NCBI GenBank assembly: GCA_030295235.1
Contig: AP026145.1
Coordinates: 558,001-622,000 of the forward strand
Reading direction: 5' to 3'
Origin: Fistulifera solaris
Taxonomy: Eukaryota
DNA length: 64,000 bases
The notes below the pieces were generated by a model. That model saw only the letters and a program-made list of their open reading frames with translations. It searched no databases and was not told the DNA's origin. Positions within the stretch are counted from its first letter, which is position 1. Each line of letters starts with the position of its first letter. Position numbers and translations under genes: made by a program. Shown here piece by piece: positions 1-11,215 of this stretch.

Positions 1-634
1 GCGCTTCAAATCCTTGATTGCGAAGTCGTTACTAACCTGTGCCGATCAAAACATCATCGCAGGTTGGTTCGATTTCAGCATCTAGCGTGCCGAGAGCGCT
101 CGTTTTGATGTTCTTCAAATCGTGGATGCTGTCATCCGATACAACAGAAGCTGACCTGCTTCTTTCTTCGAACTCGATATCCTCTATCGGTTCACTCTCA
201 GAGCCTGTCTTGCTCCCAGGAGAAACTGGCGCTTCGAGCATTTTTCGAGTCGTTGAGATGGCAGCGTCCGTATTAAAGACGCAAGGGGTTCCATCAACCC
301 CAACTGAACACTCTTTTCTGTAACCGCTGAAGGGCGAGAAAGGATGAGTTTGCAGCTGACCGATTGGATACATCGCACGCGTCGTCGAAGTAGGCAGGGC
401 TTGTGAGTTCAGGGTCAAATCTCCAATGCAGAAACTTTGGGAGATGATTTCTTTGCAATTGTTTCTAAGCTGGCTGTCTTCGCATGCGTTCATCTTGCTT
501 CGCTTTGCTTGACGATTCTCATAAGCTCGAAGATCATGGAATCTCTTCTTCGGCGGCAAAGTCTTAGAACTTCGCGCTCGGCTAAGATTCAAGAGACAGT
601 CGGCGACCGTAATTTCAATGTTGTCCAGGATCAT
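1..634 (-). CDS. Hypothetical protein, 5' exon only, running off the left edge; possible DUF6824-type domain begins at the exon end
   Basis: Long ORF; likely ATG at 634 (MILDNIEITVADCLLNLSR). It ends ...PTCDDVLIGTG at a GTTAGT donor (~36), resembling the diatom 'P..DVL.GRG' motif. Confidence 0.45.
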
Positions 635-1563
635 GATGAAAATTTGTGTTGTTTGTGAGGGTGTGAAAAGATCTGATCTTTTGCGCATCAACAAAATATA
701 CACCAGGTACGTGTCAGGTGAGGCAAAAGTGATTCCTTCTCCACTTCCATCAAAAGAGCAACATGTCGCATTTCGTGCTTTTCACGATTTTTTGTGTGCA
801 GAGGGTGCGGCCATTTTGAGAGCTAAAAAAATAGAAATGGTACGGAGTACACTGTGAGATTATACAGACTTTTCTTCCCTTTACCTTTCCTCCAATCGTG
901 CACTTCGTGCTTTGCTCGCATTGCTCGTGCCGAGTGTGTGTCATAAAAATTCAACTTGCCTTCACTATATAAGCAAGTGTTGTTTTTGGTAACGTAAAGA
1001 CATCGTAGCGACATCAGACATCTATGAAACCATAGTATAGTCTATTAAGTAGAATGTGCGTCAACCGTGCCGCACACGTGACCACTTGACACGTGACGAC
1101 AATTGAATCAAGATGAAGTACCTGTACCAGGTACCGGTACAGCCTTTTGATACCTTTAGCTAGGCCTAAGCGAATCTATGATGAATTATGATTATTTATG
1201 ATTGATGATTCATAAATTATAAGTCATCAACATCATCTTATGAATCACGTGCAAACTAGAGACCTATTACTTGTACATCACAAGATAGATGCCGTTTGAT
1301 TTCAGAGTAATAGTTATTACGCCAGTCTTGAGAGATTAGCCATACGCTCTATTTTGGGGGTTTTCTCTGTGCTGTAACTCTTTTTTCTTCTTTAATTAAG
1401 TATTCTAGCAGAGATGGAATCACAAACAATCACATTAGGTTATGACTACATCTCATGTCACAAAGCTTCTCCATAATTTCATGATCAGCATAGCGAAATG
1501 ATCGGTTCGAAGGTATAAAGTAAGGACTGAGTAGAACATGGAACCGACTATCCGCCTTTTCTA

Positions 1564-3240
1564 TCACCAATTGTTGCGATTGCCATTCCCTTCCGTTTCA
1601 TTTTCACCATCATTTAAAATGCATTGTACAGTATCTGCTGAGATCTCTTGGAAAATCGATAGACCACGAGTATGCTGACGTTTCGATTTGGGTTTGATCT
1701 CCTTGCAAACAACGCCGCTCGCCAGATCGAGCTTTTCGGCTGTGGCCTTGTCATGATGCTTCTTGCACATGCCGCCAAGAATAGCTTGTTTGCTGCAGTT
1801 ATCAACTAAACAAACGCGTTTCTTTGCACCATGGGATATGCACTTGCCACCTTGTACAGCCACTTTATCACAACCTTCAGCATCGCAGCGTTTTCTTGCC
1901 GGTCCATGCGTACTACAAAGTCCAGCTTTCTTCACATTCTTGTCACACCCTGGGTGCTTGCATGTCTTGCGCTTCGCGCCGTGCGTAATACACAGACCTC
2001 CTTGAACGACACGATTGGCGCAGCCTTCGACCGAGCACTTGCGACGCACGCGTTTGCTGGATCCTCCGGTTGCCAATTTCGCCTCGGATCGTACTGCCAC
2101 GGGCCCAGGTACTCCTAGCTCCGTAGCAACCTCGGCATCTGCGGCTTGCAGATTGCGCAGAAACGTATCATCCACATCCCCCATTGAATCGAGGAACGAA
2201 ATAGACGACGAAGTCGCACGATGATGTCCAACCTTGAGAGGATGCATGCTTGCTGGTGGTTCACTTCCGTTGAAAAGAGTAGGACCAAAGAGTGCGCTTA
2301 GACTGATTGACGATAGTTTTCGATGATGTGCTCCGGAATTAGCTTGTTGTGCGTTTTTCTCCGTTGCCCATTGCTGGTGCAACGGGCTGGTTACTGCGCT
2401 GTGAATTCGAGCGTCCGCAGGCCTCTCCATCATCTCCATCGAACCGCGCCTTTCCTCCATACGAGGATGGGCCTCGCTTGGAGGATAAGCATACGGAGCC
2501 ATGGGGAGACCCGGCATACCAGCAAAATAGGGAGCTCCCGGTGGCATGGGGTAAGCGGCAAAGTGTGATACTGGCGCGTATGGCATTACAGGATGCGGCC
2601 CAGCATGTCGCAACTGAGATAGATGCATACGGTAGGGGTCCGCCATTTGTGGTTGTGAAAGAGGATGCTGCTTGTAGACAGCCGCGTCAAATTCCTCCTT
2701 GCCAAGACCAGCGGAAGCAGCGGCTGAAAGCATATCCAAACCACCACTATCGACACGGTGATGCTGACGAGTTCTGCTTGTTTTCTGGTCGATAGGCACA
2801 GCCTTTCCGTTCGAGTTGATACGACGATGAGAAACCGGGGGTGCAAACTGGCTGCTTGGATGCGAAAGCATGTGCTTACGGCTAGCTTCGATGGTTGGAT
2901 CACTGTAAGACCCATGGACCGCGACATTGCGCTCGTTCATCATTTGATGTCGCGGATCGTGCATAGGTATATTGATGGGACGCGACGTAGTTCTGACGGG
3001 AGAAGATCTTTGGTAATGAGCGTCGCCGAAAGAAGGTTGAATAATAACAGCCGAGCCGGGATCCATCTTTGAGAGAGGTTCTCTTGCAGACTCGGAAGGA
3101 TGCATATTTCTCAATGAACCTTGAATATCGTTAAACTGGGAGGGCATGTGGATCATAATGTTTTCACAAGGGCTGAATAATTGTAGAACTGTAGTTCCCA
3201 CGAGTATCGCACTTTCAAGTTTCTGATGGTCGGACTTCAT
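1564..3240 (-). CDS. WRKY19-like zinc-finger repeat protein (putative transcription factor)
   Basis: 558-aa ORF with four tandem C-x4-C-x10-C-x2-H repeats (CSVEGC..HG, CKHPGC..HG, CDAEGC..HG, CLVDNC..HH) after a low-complexity N-terminus. True start uncertain. Confidence 0.8.
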   Translation of the reverse strand: MKSDHQKLESAILVGTTVLQLFSPCENIMIHMPSQFNDIQGSLRNMHPSESAREPLSKMDPGSAVIIQPSFGDAHYQRSSPVRTTSRPINIPMHDPRHQMMNERNVAVHGSYSDPTIEASRKHMLSHPSSQFAPPVSHRRINSNGKAVPIDQKTSRTRQHHRVDSGGLDMLSAAASAGLGKEEFDAAVYKQHPLSQPQMADPYRMHLSQLRHAGPHPVMPYAPVSHFAAYPMPPGAPYFAGMPGLPMAPYAYPPSEAHPRMEERRGSMEMMERPADARIHSAVTSPLHQQWATEKNAQQANSGAHHRKLSSISLSALFGPTLFNGSEPPASMHPLKVGHHRATSSSISFLDSMGDVDDTFLRNLQAADAEVATELGVPGPVAVRSEAKLATGGSSKRVRRKCSVEGCANRVVQGGLCITHGAKRKTCKHPGCDKNVKKAGLCSTHGPARKRCDAEGCDKVAVQGGKCISHGAKKRVCLVDNCSKQAILGGMCKKHHDKATAEKLDLASGVVCKEIKPKSKRQHTRGLSIFQEISADTVQCILNDGENETEGNGNRNNW

Positions 3241-4143
3241 TTATTTGATTTAATGAGAAAACAAAAAGAAAGGGGAGGCTACGTTAGTCTCCACGGTGAA
3301 GTAAGCACTTTGCTTGTCGCATTAGCAGAAAATTGAATAAAGCAATGACTTAAAAGCGTGGAGTTGAACGTGCACAATGGAATGCACCTCATTTCTCCAA
3401 AATTCTTGTTTCTTTTATTATTTCATCTTTTCAAACAAAAGGAGTCCCGAGTCGTTTCGGAATTCATGACTATGGTTTGTGAAGTACAAATTCTTGACAT
3501 CGCTCCAATTTTCTGACGTCAAACACACGTTTAAAAACGTGCATCAACATCACCACAAACAAAACACGTCCGTTTCACCGCCCATGAGCGGCAGCGAGCA
3601 ACGTCACGAACAGCATGGTTGCTTGTTGATTGAGTTCAACGGAGAAAACATTTTCAAAATTGGTTCCGACGCCGCTACGACCAAGACAAATGGCTTACCT
3701 TGAAAGGAAAAAGATGAGTGAGGAGGAAAGACAACAAAAATTTGACTTTCCCTTGCGATGATTGTGAGACATGAATGTCCCGCTACTCCGATTGTGCTGC
3801 GATACTCCGAGGTTGCAGCAAGCTCGATGGTCGCTTGTTTCGGTCGCAGTTGAATTTCGGAGGCGCGTGGATGAGTACCGGTATGATAGTAGATCCAAGG
3901 AAATAGTACATTTCAAACCGATAGTCATATATGATGGACAGTGCTGCAAATTGTACTAGATCTGCTGGCGTGGTTAAAGTGATAACTGCGTACATTCGTC
4001 GTACAACCAGTGTAGACACGGATTTCGATCGAAATATTTCAGATTCTTCAACAACTAGGGTTTAACAAGTCTTAAGTTAGTTCGACGTAGGCTATGAATG
4101 GAAACAAGATCTATCCGGACATCAAATCTTTAATCTCCGTCGA

Positions 4144-5433
4144 CTAATGCTCGCTTCTCAACCTAAAATGCATCCCTAAGGTAGTATCGTCAATAAGGGC
4201 CGGCAAGCGAAGATTTCCTCCATCAGCACCCCGATTTCTAGACAGTACCAAATCAACCATTCTTCTTCCAAAATTAGAGGCCAAGTTCTGATGCGAAAGC
4301 TTAACCCAATCATCCATTGTCCAGTCTCGACAGATGCCGGAAACTGTCTTTGAAGGCGCTTCCTTTCTTTCTATCAAGGGGCTTTCTGAGTAGCACAACA
4401 TCCGCTCGTCATGAGTATTTTGCGTTTCTCCTCTTGGAAGACAAAGAGTAGACTCTTGGCTCTGGATGTTACTTTGGGAACTCATATTGAGCGACAAGGA
4501 TCCGTTGGGAGGTACAGGGCTTGTCCCTAGGTCATCGTCGGCCAGGTCGGAAACGAATAGCTGGCATGGCTGAAGCGGTGGCTTATTATTCACTCTCCTG
4601 CATGAATCCAAAGTATCTTTGGTTTTGAATCGATTATGCGGTGTGATGAGGCTTCTCGGTGCGTGTATAGCATCGTTTTCTTGGGTGTCTAATTTATCCC
4701 CACCTGACGAGCCGCTTTGATCGATAGAACTAGAAGGAGATTGGCGCAATCGCGCGGTTACTCGAGTGTTGTCATTGATGATGAAACTGTTCGGATCTTG
4801 TGCGCTAGGCCTGCGAGAGCTTTTCTCGGTTCCGTCAATACTGCCCATTAAAAATTCCTGAAAATCGGCCGAGCCAGGTTCTGAGTGAAAAAGTCGCCTA
4901 CGAGTTTGTGAGACTTTTCCTTCATCTTCGATGATTACAGAGGAGGGATCCGGCGTAACAAGGGGGCGCAGACCAATTTTAAATCTCATCCACGGCTTCT
5001 CTGATTGATATATAAAATCGCCAATCATCATAACATAGCTTTCACCGCAACGTAATCGGTTCATCGATGTAAAGTGCACGCCGCCATGCAACCAGAGTAT
5101 TATGTCAGAATGCTTGGCACGTAATTCGACATTTCCAGAAGCATCAATGGTGACGATATCTCGAGAAAGACGTTCTCTGTGACTCTTCCGCCTGACGCGG
5201 GCGCAGTATTGCTGGCACGGTTCAGATTCGGGGCGCTCAGCGTGACAGCTATTGGGGCAATATTTCCACCACAGTTCAGCTAGATTAAGTCGCCCCAAAG
5301 TGCAGGGAAGTGATAAAGTTAACCCTTTTTCCAAGGCGTTAGGACATCCGAAATAAATGGGAGCGATGCGAACATTGGCTATTATGTTGTCGTTTCGTCC
5401 TTCATCTCTCCGCCTCTTTCGAACCTCGTTCAT
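4144..5433 (-). CDS. Hypothetical protein
   Basis: 429-aa uninterrupted ORF with ATG; N-terminal part looks folded, C-terminal part is Ser-rich; no family recognised. Confidence 0.6.
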   Translation of the reverse strand: MNEVRKRRRDEGRNDNIIANVRIAPIYFGCPNALEKGLTLSLPCTLGRLNLAELWWKYCPNSCHAERPESEPCQQYCARVRRKSHRERLSRDIVTIDASGNVELRAKHSDIILWLHGGVHFTSMNRLRCGESYVMMIGDFIYQSEKPWMRFKIGLRPLVTPDPSSVIIEDEGKVSQTRRRLFHSEPGSADFQEFLMGSIDGTEKSSRRPSAQDPNSFIINDNTRVTARLRQSPSSSIDQSGSSGGDKLDTQENDAIHAPRSLITPHNRFKTKDTLDSCRRVNNKPPLQPCQLFVSDLADDDLGTSPVPPNGSLSLNMSSQSNIQSQESTLCLPRGETQNTHDERMLCYSESPLIERKEAPSKTVSGICRDWTMDDWVKLSHQNLASNFGRRMVDLVLSRNRGADGGNLRLPALIDDTTLGMHFRLRSEH

Positions 5434-6367
5434 AACTTGTGAGATTCTTTGATAGAGACAAGGATGTGCTTTGATTTCACAACAAAGCAGTCAAGAAGCA
5501 ATATTTAGTTGCAATTTGCAATAAACGATCGATGAAAAAAGCGCGAAACAAAAAAACCTGTCCGAAACAGACACAGGATGCAGAATAAAGCTCATTAAGG
5601 TTAGAAATTACATTAAAATGTACATCTGAGCAGAGTGTCATAAACAACGACTTTTCGAATTACGCGTTTGGCGACGACAAATGAAATTAATGCGTTTCGC
5701 GATTAAACTCAATGAATACCGTGTGAGATACTTATACACAAACACAATCCTAAATGAAATAAATCATGGTGCAAAAAACTCCCCCTTCATTTTTTCCTCC
5801 TCCATTCTTCTGACAAGGCTCAAGTCGAGTCTACAAGTTCACGACCAGAAATAGCTAATTGGCGTGCTCCGTCAAGAAGCACTGACGCAGAAATGTGCAG
5901 AGGATGGTAGAGCAATGGCTCGCATTTTATCGTTTCGTTCAATTTCTAAGCCATGCATTGATTAGGCGACCCCTACGGAATTTCACTTGCCGCCAAAGGC
6001 GGGGAGTACTGCTCGTATTGCAACGTCGTGCACTTCTTTATAAAAGCAGCGTGGTGGAGTGCATGATTTCACGGCTATAGTACGACTCTATCGGGCATTG
6101 TATTTCTCATGTTGTCGCACCTTGATTAACTGGCCTTCCAAAGTTGGGCCTATGAGAGTCTTGTTACTATTACATGACAACTCAGTGCATCTAACGTTAA
6201 AGTGCTTGTAATAACGTAGCGTGTAGTGTTTGCTTCTCAAGGAATTTCCTTGAAAGTGATACCAAATAAGTCAGCTTCCGGACGTAAAATGCTTTCACAA
6301 AATAGTTCAATTTGTCATTTCCTATTCCACGCATACGTGTGACATATTCAGAGCGTTCTTCAATTTA

Positions 6368-7020
6368 TTACCTCCGTCTACGTCGACGCAAAACGCCATC
6401 AATGCCATTGCCAACTCCATCCCCGGCTTCCAATCGCAAAACATCTCGAGCATCGCCACCTGATTTGACCGAATTTGTCACCATCCGCGCCAGTGTCCAC
6501 ATTCCGCCGTCGCGATCAAGCCCCCGCCGACTGTTTCCGTCATTTTGGCTACTTCTTTCATGGTCGCCGCATCCATGAAAGGAAGATCGTGCCCTGTTTC
6601 TTGCTTGAACCAGTCTTCAAAATCATCCGAGTCATTGTCAGCCTCGGATCGCAGTATAGCCAAGCCATTTGGACCCTCTACAATTTGCTCAAATGCTTCA
6701 CGGGCGGCAATGAAAATATCGCGACTGTTCGCCATACTCTCTTCGTCCTTTTTCGACATAGTATCGGGGTGGTGCTCCATGGCGATTCGTAGAAATGTCT
6801 TTTTCACATCCTTAAAGAGAATAGAGTTTTTCCGGTCGCTCATAGCTATGCCCAGAATCTGAAAGGGATCAGTTTGTTTCTTTTTCTTTCGGAGCTTGTG
6901 GTATTGTTGATTTCTATAGGACGAAAAGGACGCTACTGGCGGAGAGTAACGTAAAGGAGGCGGAGCGCGGAATAGCGCTGTTCGAACAAATAATAGCCTT
7001 GTGATTGTGTGCGGCGACAT
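6368..7020 (-). CDS. DnaJ (J-domain) protein, probably mitochondrial; apparent frameshift
   Basis: DPFQILGI...KKTFLRIAMEHHPD J-domain with HPD motif and Arg/Ser-rich presequence. Adding one G at the run 6521-6525 gives GGGLDRDGGMWTLARMV...RRRRR* with stop at 6368. Confidence 0.8.
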
Positions 7021-7396
7021 CTTTGTAAGTCAAGAGACGATTTTAAAGTCTGATATCGATTGACAGAAGCTCAGAATCAATAATTGCAAGCAACAGAGAG
7101 CAGATTAACGCATTTGTTGCTTTATTTTTTGTAGACTAGACGACAACAAACAAACAAAAAAATAATGCAACCGAAAGGTGCGTTCCGCTAAGGTTAGGTT
7201 AGAGAAGAGTTAGAGGTCTTGCGCAGGCCATACGTACATTTTTTCTAATGCTATACGGCGATTCCATTCTTCCTAATAAATAGTCGCAGCATAACTCGTT
7301 TGTTGGACTTTCCTCCCACGACAAGAACATAGCAACACCTAAAGATGTAAATGCGATTGTACATTCATGTTTAACTATTATTGCGGGCTGCTTAAA

Positions 7397-8527
7397 TCAC
7401 AGCAGAAACCCAGCCAAAATCGCCATACCAAACAAAAGGACGGTTAGTAGTAGAAAAACACCGTCCGAAAGATCTGCTCCCTCTATGGGACTCTGGCTCG
7501 GTTGGGCATCCTCATGGTCGTCATTTACTGTTTGTTGTGTTTCACTTGCCCGATAATCGACGTTAGTGGATCCCTGGTATGCTTCCAGCGAGAACCGGGG
7601 CATCTGATAGTCCGTAGGATACGGAACGATGTCTGGAGAACTTCTTTTAGAAGAATCTTGCTTGCTGACCCAGAAATCTGACATGACGACCTGATCGGCC
7701 TTTCGAACGGCCAATTTGTCGCTGATGCCGATGTGTGCTCGTTGCTGTTCAAAAGGATACGGATCCACCATGGCTTGCCGTAGAGTCATTTTCTCCCAGT
7801 TGGTGTTTTTCTTATTACGAAGAAACTCATGAAGCGCATAAGTGTACCGTTCGATCACGGAAAGTCCTAGATTTTCGTCCCCGTGATGCGCATAGGAGCT
7901 CTCTTTACGGAGGGAACTCCCAATCACTGTAATATTCGGGCTGGTAAATGCATCCCCTAATGTAAAGGCCTGGCAAGTATCCGCGACGAACAATATCTCG
8001 TGATACCGCTTGGCCGCGTGCATTTGCCGAAAGACGGACGACAAATGTTGCGTCATGATCTCCTCGACATCTTGAAACTTGAAAAACTGATCCCCACCGT
8101 GTCCTGTCAAGTAAATGAGTATATTGCTCTTCTCGTCGGTATGCAAGACGGGCAAACCGGCGTTGTGGTGTCCCGACAATGCGTGTACCAAGTTCGATAC
8201 GGTCACGTCTTCTCCTCGATAATCAACCTCGGTCGACGCGTCGTACAACGACGGTCCTTCCTGTGCCGTCAATATACGATTTTTGAATACATTCCGTGGA
8301 TTGACCGCATATTCGTCAGCCAACATGAGTATAATATTCTCATCGCGGAAGCCATTTTCTTTTAAGAACTGGTAAATGGTCAACGCGTTGGCGTTGTGTC
8401 GATAATTGAACCAATATCGTGACGAGCTGACAATTACGGCATGATTCGAAGTGTGTTGCGCACAAGAGCTGACGAGAAGCAATAGCAAGTGAAGAAAAAT
8501 TTGCAGTGATAGCAGCCCGTTCATCAT
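7397..8527 (-). CDS. GPI8: GPI-anchor transamidase catalytic subunit (peptidase C13, PIG-K)
   Basis: Signal peptide, NHAVIVSSSRYWFNYRH, YLTGHGG (catalytic His), ADTCQA (catalytic Cys), C-terminal TM helix. Confidence 0.95.
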   Translation of the reverse strand: MMNGLLSLQIFLHLLLLLVSSCAQHTSNHAVIVSSSRYWFNYRHNANALTIYQFLKENGFRDENIILMLADEYAVNPRNVFKNRILTAQEGPSLYDASTEVDYRGEDVTVSNLVHALSGHHNAGLPVLHTDEKSNILIYLTGHGGDQFFKFQDVEEIMTQHLSSVFRQMHAAKRYHEILFVADTCQAFTLGDAFTSPNITVIGSSLRKESSYAHHGDENLGLSVIERYTYALHEFLRNKKNTNWEKMTLRQAMVDPYPFEQQRAHIGISDKLAVRKADQVVMSDFWVSKQDSSKRSSPDIVPYPTDYQMPRFSLEAYQGSTNVDYRASETQQTVNDDHEDAQPSQSPIEGADLSDGVFLLLTVLLFGMAILAGFLL

Positions 8528-9026
8528 TACGATTTAGTCGAGAACATGACGCCCTCCGTTTGATATTGTTTTGACGATCGCATTAACCGAAATCATCATT
8601 GCAACAGCACAATCTATAGTCTTTAGGCACAATAAAAGAAGAAGGCGGTCCACTAACATTACGGCTAGCGTTATCTCAAATTATCCACGACTGCATTTCA
8701 GTCATGAATCCTGAGCGGATGAATGTCATTATTTCTTTTTTTATTTTTAAAAGGCCTTGGCCATTTACAAAAAATATCAAAAAAAATTAAAAAATTTGGG
8801 AGGAGTCGTCCGATGAATCATCTTTCGAAGCGGAGTACTCTACTTTCACCGCCAATCTGTAGCGTTGCAAGCCAAAACATTAGCGGGTAGCAGCATAAAT
8901 AAAAAACGTTTCTTAAGGAAAGACTCGTTGGTTCACGCTGCTGATGGTCGGCGAAATTGGGGCCCTTTTGCGGGGGGTAAAAATTGCTACGGCTGGTGTC
9001 CAATCGTCACAGCACCATGTACCCCT

Positions 9027-9059
9027 CGTAGAAAATGTACGGCTAGTACATTTTCTACG
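9027..9059. other. Perfect 14-bp inverted repeat (hairpin)
   Basis: CGTAGAAAATGTAC-ggcta-GTACATTTTCTACG. Confidence 0.9.
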
Positions 9060-9279
9060 TCCCAAAAGCTCCGTAGGAGCCGTCCGAAAGAATTTAATCT
9101 AAGAGAGAATAGCCATGAAATCATTTTAGGTCAACTTTTATTCCTTCCTTCGACAGTTCGACACATAAAGAAATATAATCAACGGTTATTCGGCTCGATT
9201 TCGCGTTTTGTCCACCTTAATGAGACCGATCTAAATTTTCGTCCCAGTCATCGCGAATCGCGACAAATGAAACAATTGT

Positions 9280-10522
9280 GATTCATGACTACTGTACACT
9301 CCAGTCTTGGCTGGCGTAAACCGACACTCCGTTTCATAGTGGAAATTCAAGGTGTCGATCCTCGGATTATCGTCGTGAACATAGAAGAAACTCTTAACAA
9401 ATAGTTCAGAACCATCATTGTTGCAACTTTATTTACCCGTAATCATAATTTTATTTGCAATTGAATGACAATGGACGGATGCGAGAGACGCAAACCGGAA
9501 CCCTTTGGTTTTCGGTTCGTGACTACTGTACACTCCAGTCTTGGCTGGCGTAAACCAACACTCCGCTTCATAGTGGAAATTCAAGGTCTCGATCCTCGGA
9601 TTTTCGACGTGAAAATAGAAGAAACTCTTAATAAGTAGTTCAGAACCTTCATTAGTGCGACTTAATTTACTCGTAATTATAATTAAATTTGCAGTTGAAT
9701 GACGATTGACGGATGCGAGAGACGCAAAACAGAACCCCTTGGTGTTCGGTTCGTGGCTACTGTACACTCCAGTCTTGGCTGGCGTAAACCGACACTCCGT
9801 TTCATAGTGGAAATTCAAGGTGTCGATCCTCAAATTTTCGACGTGAAAATAGAAGAAACTTTTAACAAATAGTTCAGAACCATCATTGTTGCAACTTTAT
9901 TTACCCGTAATCATAATTTTTTTTGCAATTGAAGGACAATGGAGGGATGCGAGAGACGCAAACCGGAACCCTTTGGTTTTCCGTTCGTGACTACTGTACA
10001 CTCCAGTCTTGGCTGGCGTAAACCAACACTCCGCTTCATAGTGGAAATTCAAGGTCTCGATCCTCGGATTTTCGACGTGAAAATAGAAGAAACTCTTAAT
10101 AAGTAGTTCAGAACCTTCATTGGTGCGACTTAATTTACTCGTAATTATAATTAAATTTGCAGTTGAATGACAATTGACGGATGCGAGAGACGCAAAACGG
10201 AACCCCTTGGTGTTCGGTTCGTGGCTACTGTACACTCCAGTCTTGGCTGGCGTAAACAGACACTCCGTTTCATAGTGGAAATTCAAGGTGTCGATCCTCA
10301 GATTTTCGACGTGAAAATAGAAGAAACTCTTAACAAATAGTTCAGAACCATCATTGTTGCAACTTTATTTACCCGTAATCATAATTTTATTTGCAATTGA
10401 ATGACAATGGACGGATGCGAGAGACGCAAACCGGAACCCTTTGGTTTTCGGTTCGTGACTACTGTACACTCCAGTCTTGGCTGGCGTAAACCAACACTCC
10501 GCTTCATAGTGGAATTTCAAGG
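9280..10522. repeat. Tandem array of 234-bp units (~5.3 copies) alternating A/B, giving a 468-bp higher-order repeat
   Basis: G(A/G)CTACTGTACACTCCAGTCTTGGCTGGCGTAAAC recurs at 9287, 9521, 9755, 9989, 10223 and 10457; diagnostic variants alternate between units. Confidence 0.95.
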
Positions 10523-10710
10523 ATTCACGAGAAAATGATTATACTAAAAAAATAAAAAAGCCTTTTGCCGACTGTTTTTTTATTAAAACAAAAAGTCACG
10601 AATGATGAGGCCGCCGCGCTCGCACCTTTTTCCGTCAATCTTTTCACCATTTTCGTCCAATTTTCCGGGGAACGTGAAAATTCTCAATTTTTAATTTATT
10701 TATACCTGCC

Positions 10711-11070
10711 CCAGATTTTCTGGACCACGTCTAACACCACTCTTCCCTATTTCCTGGGAACGCGAAATATTAGGTCCTGATTTTCTTGACCACGTGTAAA
10801 CACCACTCATCCAGATTTCCTGGGAACTGGGAACGCGAAAAATTAGGTCCAGATTTTCGGGCCCACGTGTAAACACCAAACTTCCAGATTTCCTGGAAAC
10901 GCAAAATTCAATAGGTACAGATTTTCTGACCAGCGTCAAAACACCACACTTCCAGATTTTCGGTCCAGATTTTCTGGACCACGTGTAAACACGACTCCTC
11001 CAGATTTCCTGGGAGCCTGAAAATACAACTGGTCCAGATTTTCTGGACCACCCAGATTTCCTGGGAACGC
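10711..11070. repeat. Degenerate tandem array of ~65-70-bp units (~6 copies) containing palindromic CCAGATTT(T/C)CTGG motifs
   Basis: Units start near 10711, 10776, 10849, 10917, 10965 and 11034; core GGTCCAGATTTTCTGGACCACGTGTAAACACC...CCAGATTTCCTGGGAACGC. Confidence 0.85.
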
Positions 11071-11215
11071 AATTTTGTACGAATTGTTTCAAAATAATCT
11101 CTTTCGACCGGTCCATTGAGACCTTAACCATTTGTATGCAGCAGTGCAGTTTAGTAATGATAGCGACGGTAATTCTTTGAACTTCCCAGCACAAGTCGCT
11201 TTTACAAACAAAACG

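Noticed and set aside
1070..1250. Paired ACACGTGAC boxes, GTACC palindromes and an ATGA-rich tract
   Set aside because: Short, low-complexity motifs; possibly promoter elements but not supportable from sequence alone.
7188..7217. Telomere-like TAAGGTTAGGTTAGAG
   Set aside because: Only 2-3 degenerate units in an internal intergenic position.
9429..10286. ORFs 9429-9833 and 9897-10286 as genes
   Set aside because: They are translations of the satellite with non-ATG starts and a recurring stop; no family recognised.
9280..11070. Tandem arrays as a CRISPR-like repeat-spacer locus
   Set aside because: Units are homologous along their whole length with no unique spacers, no cas genes are nearby, and the context is eukaryotic.
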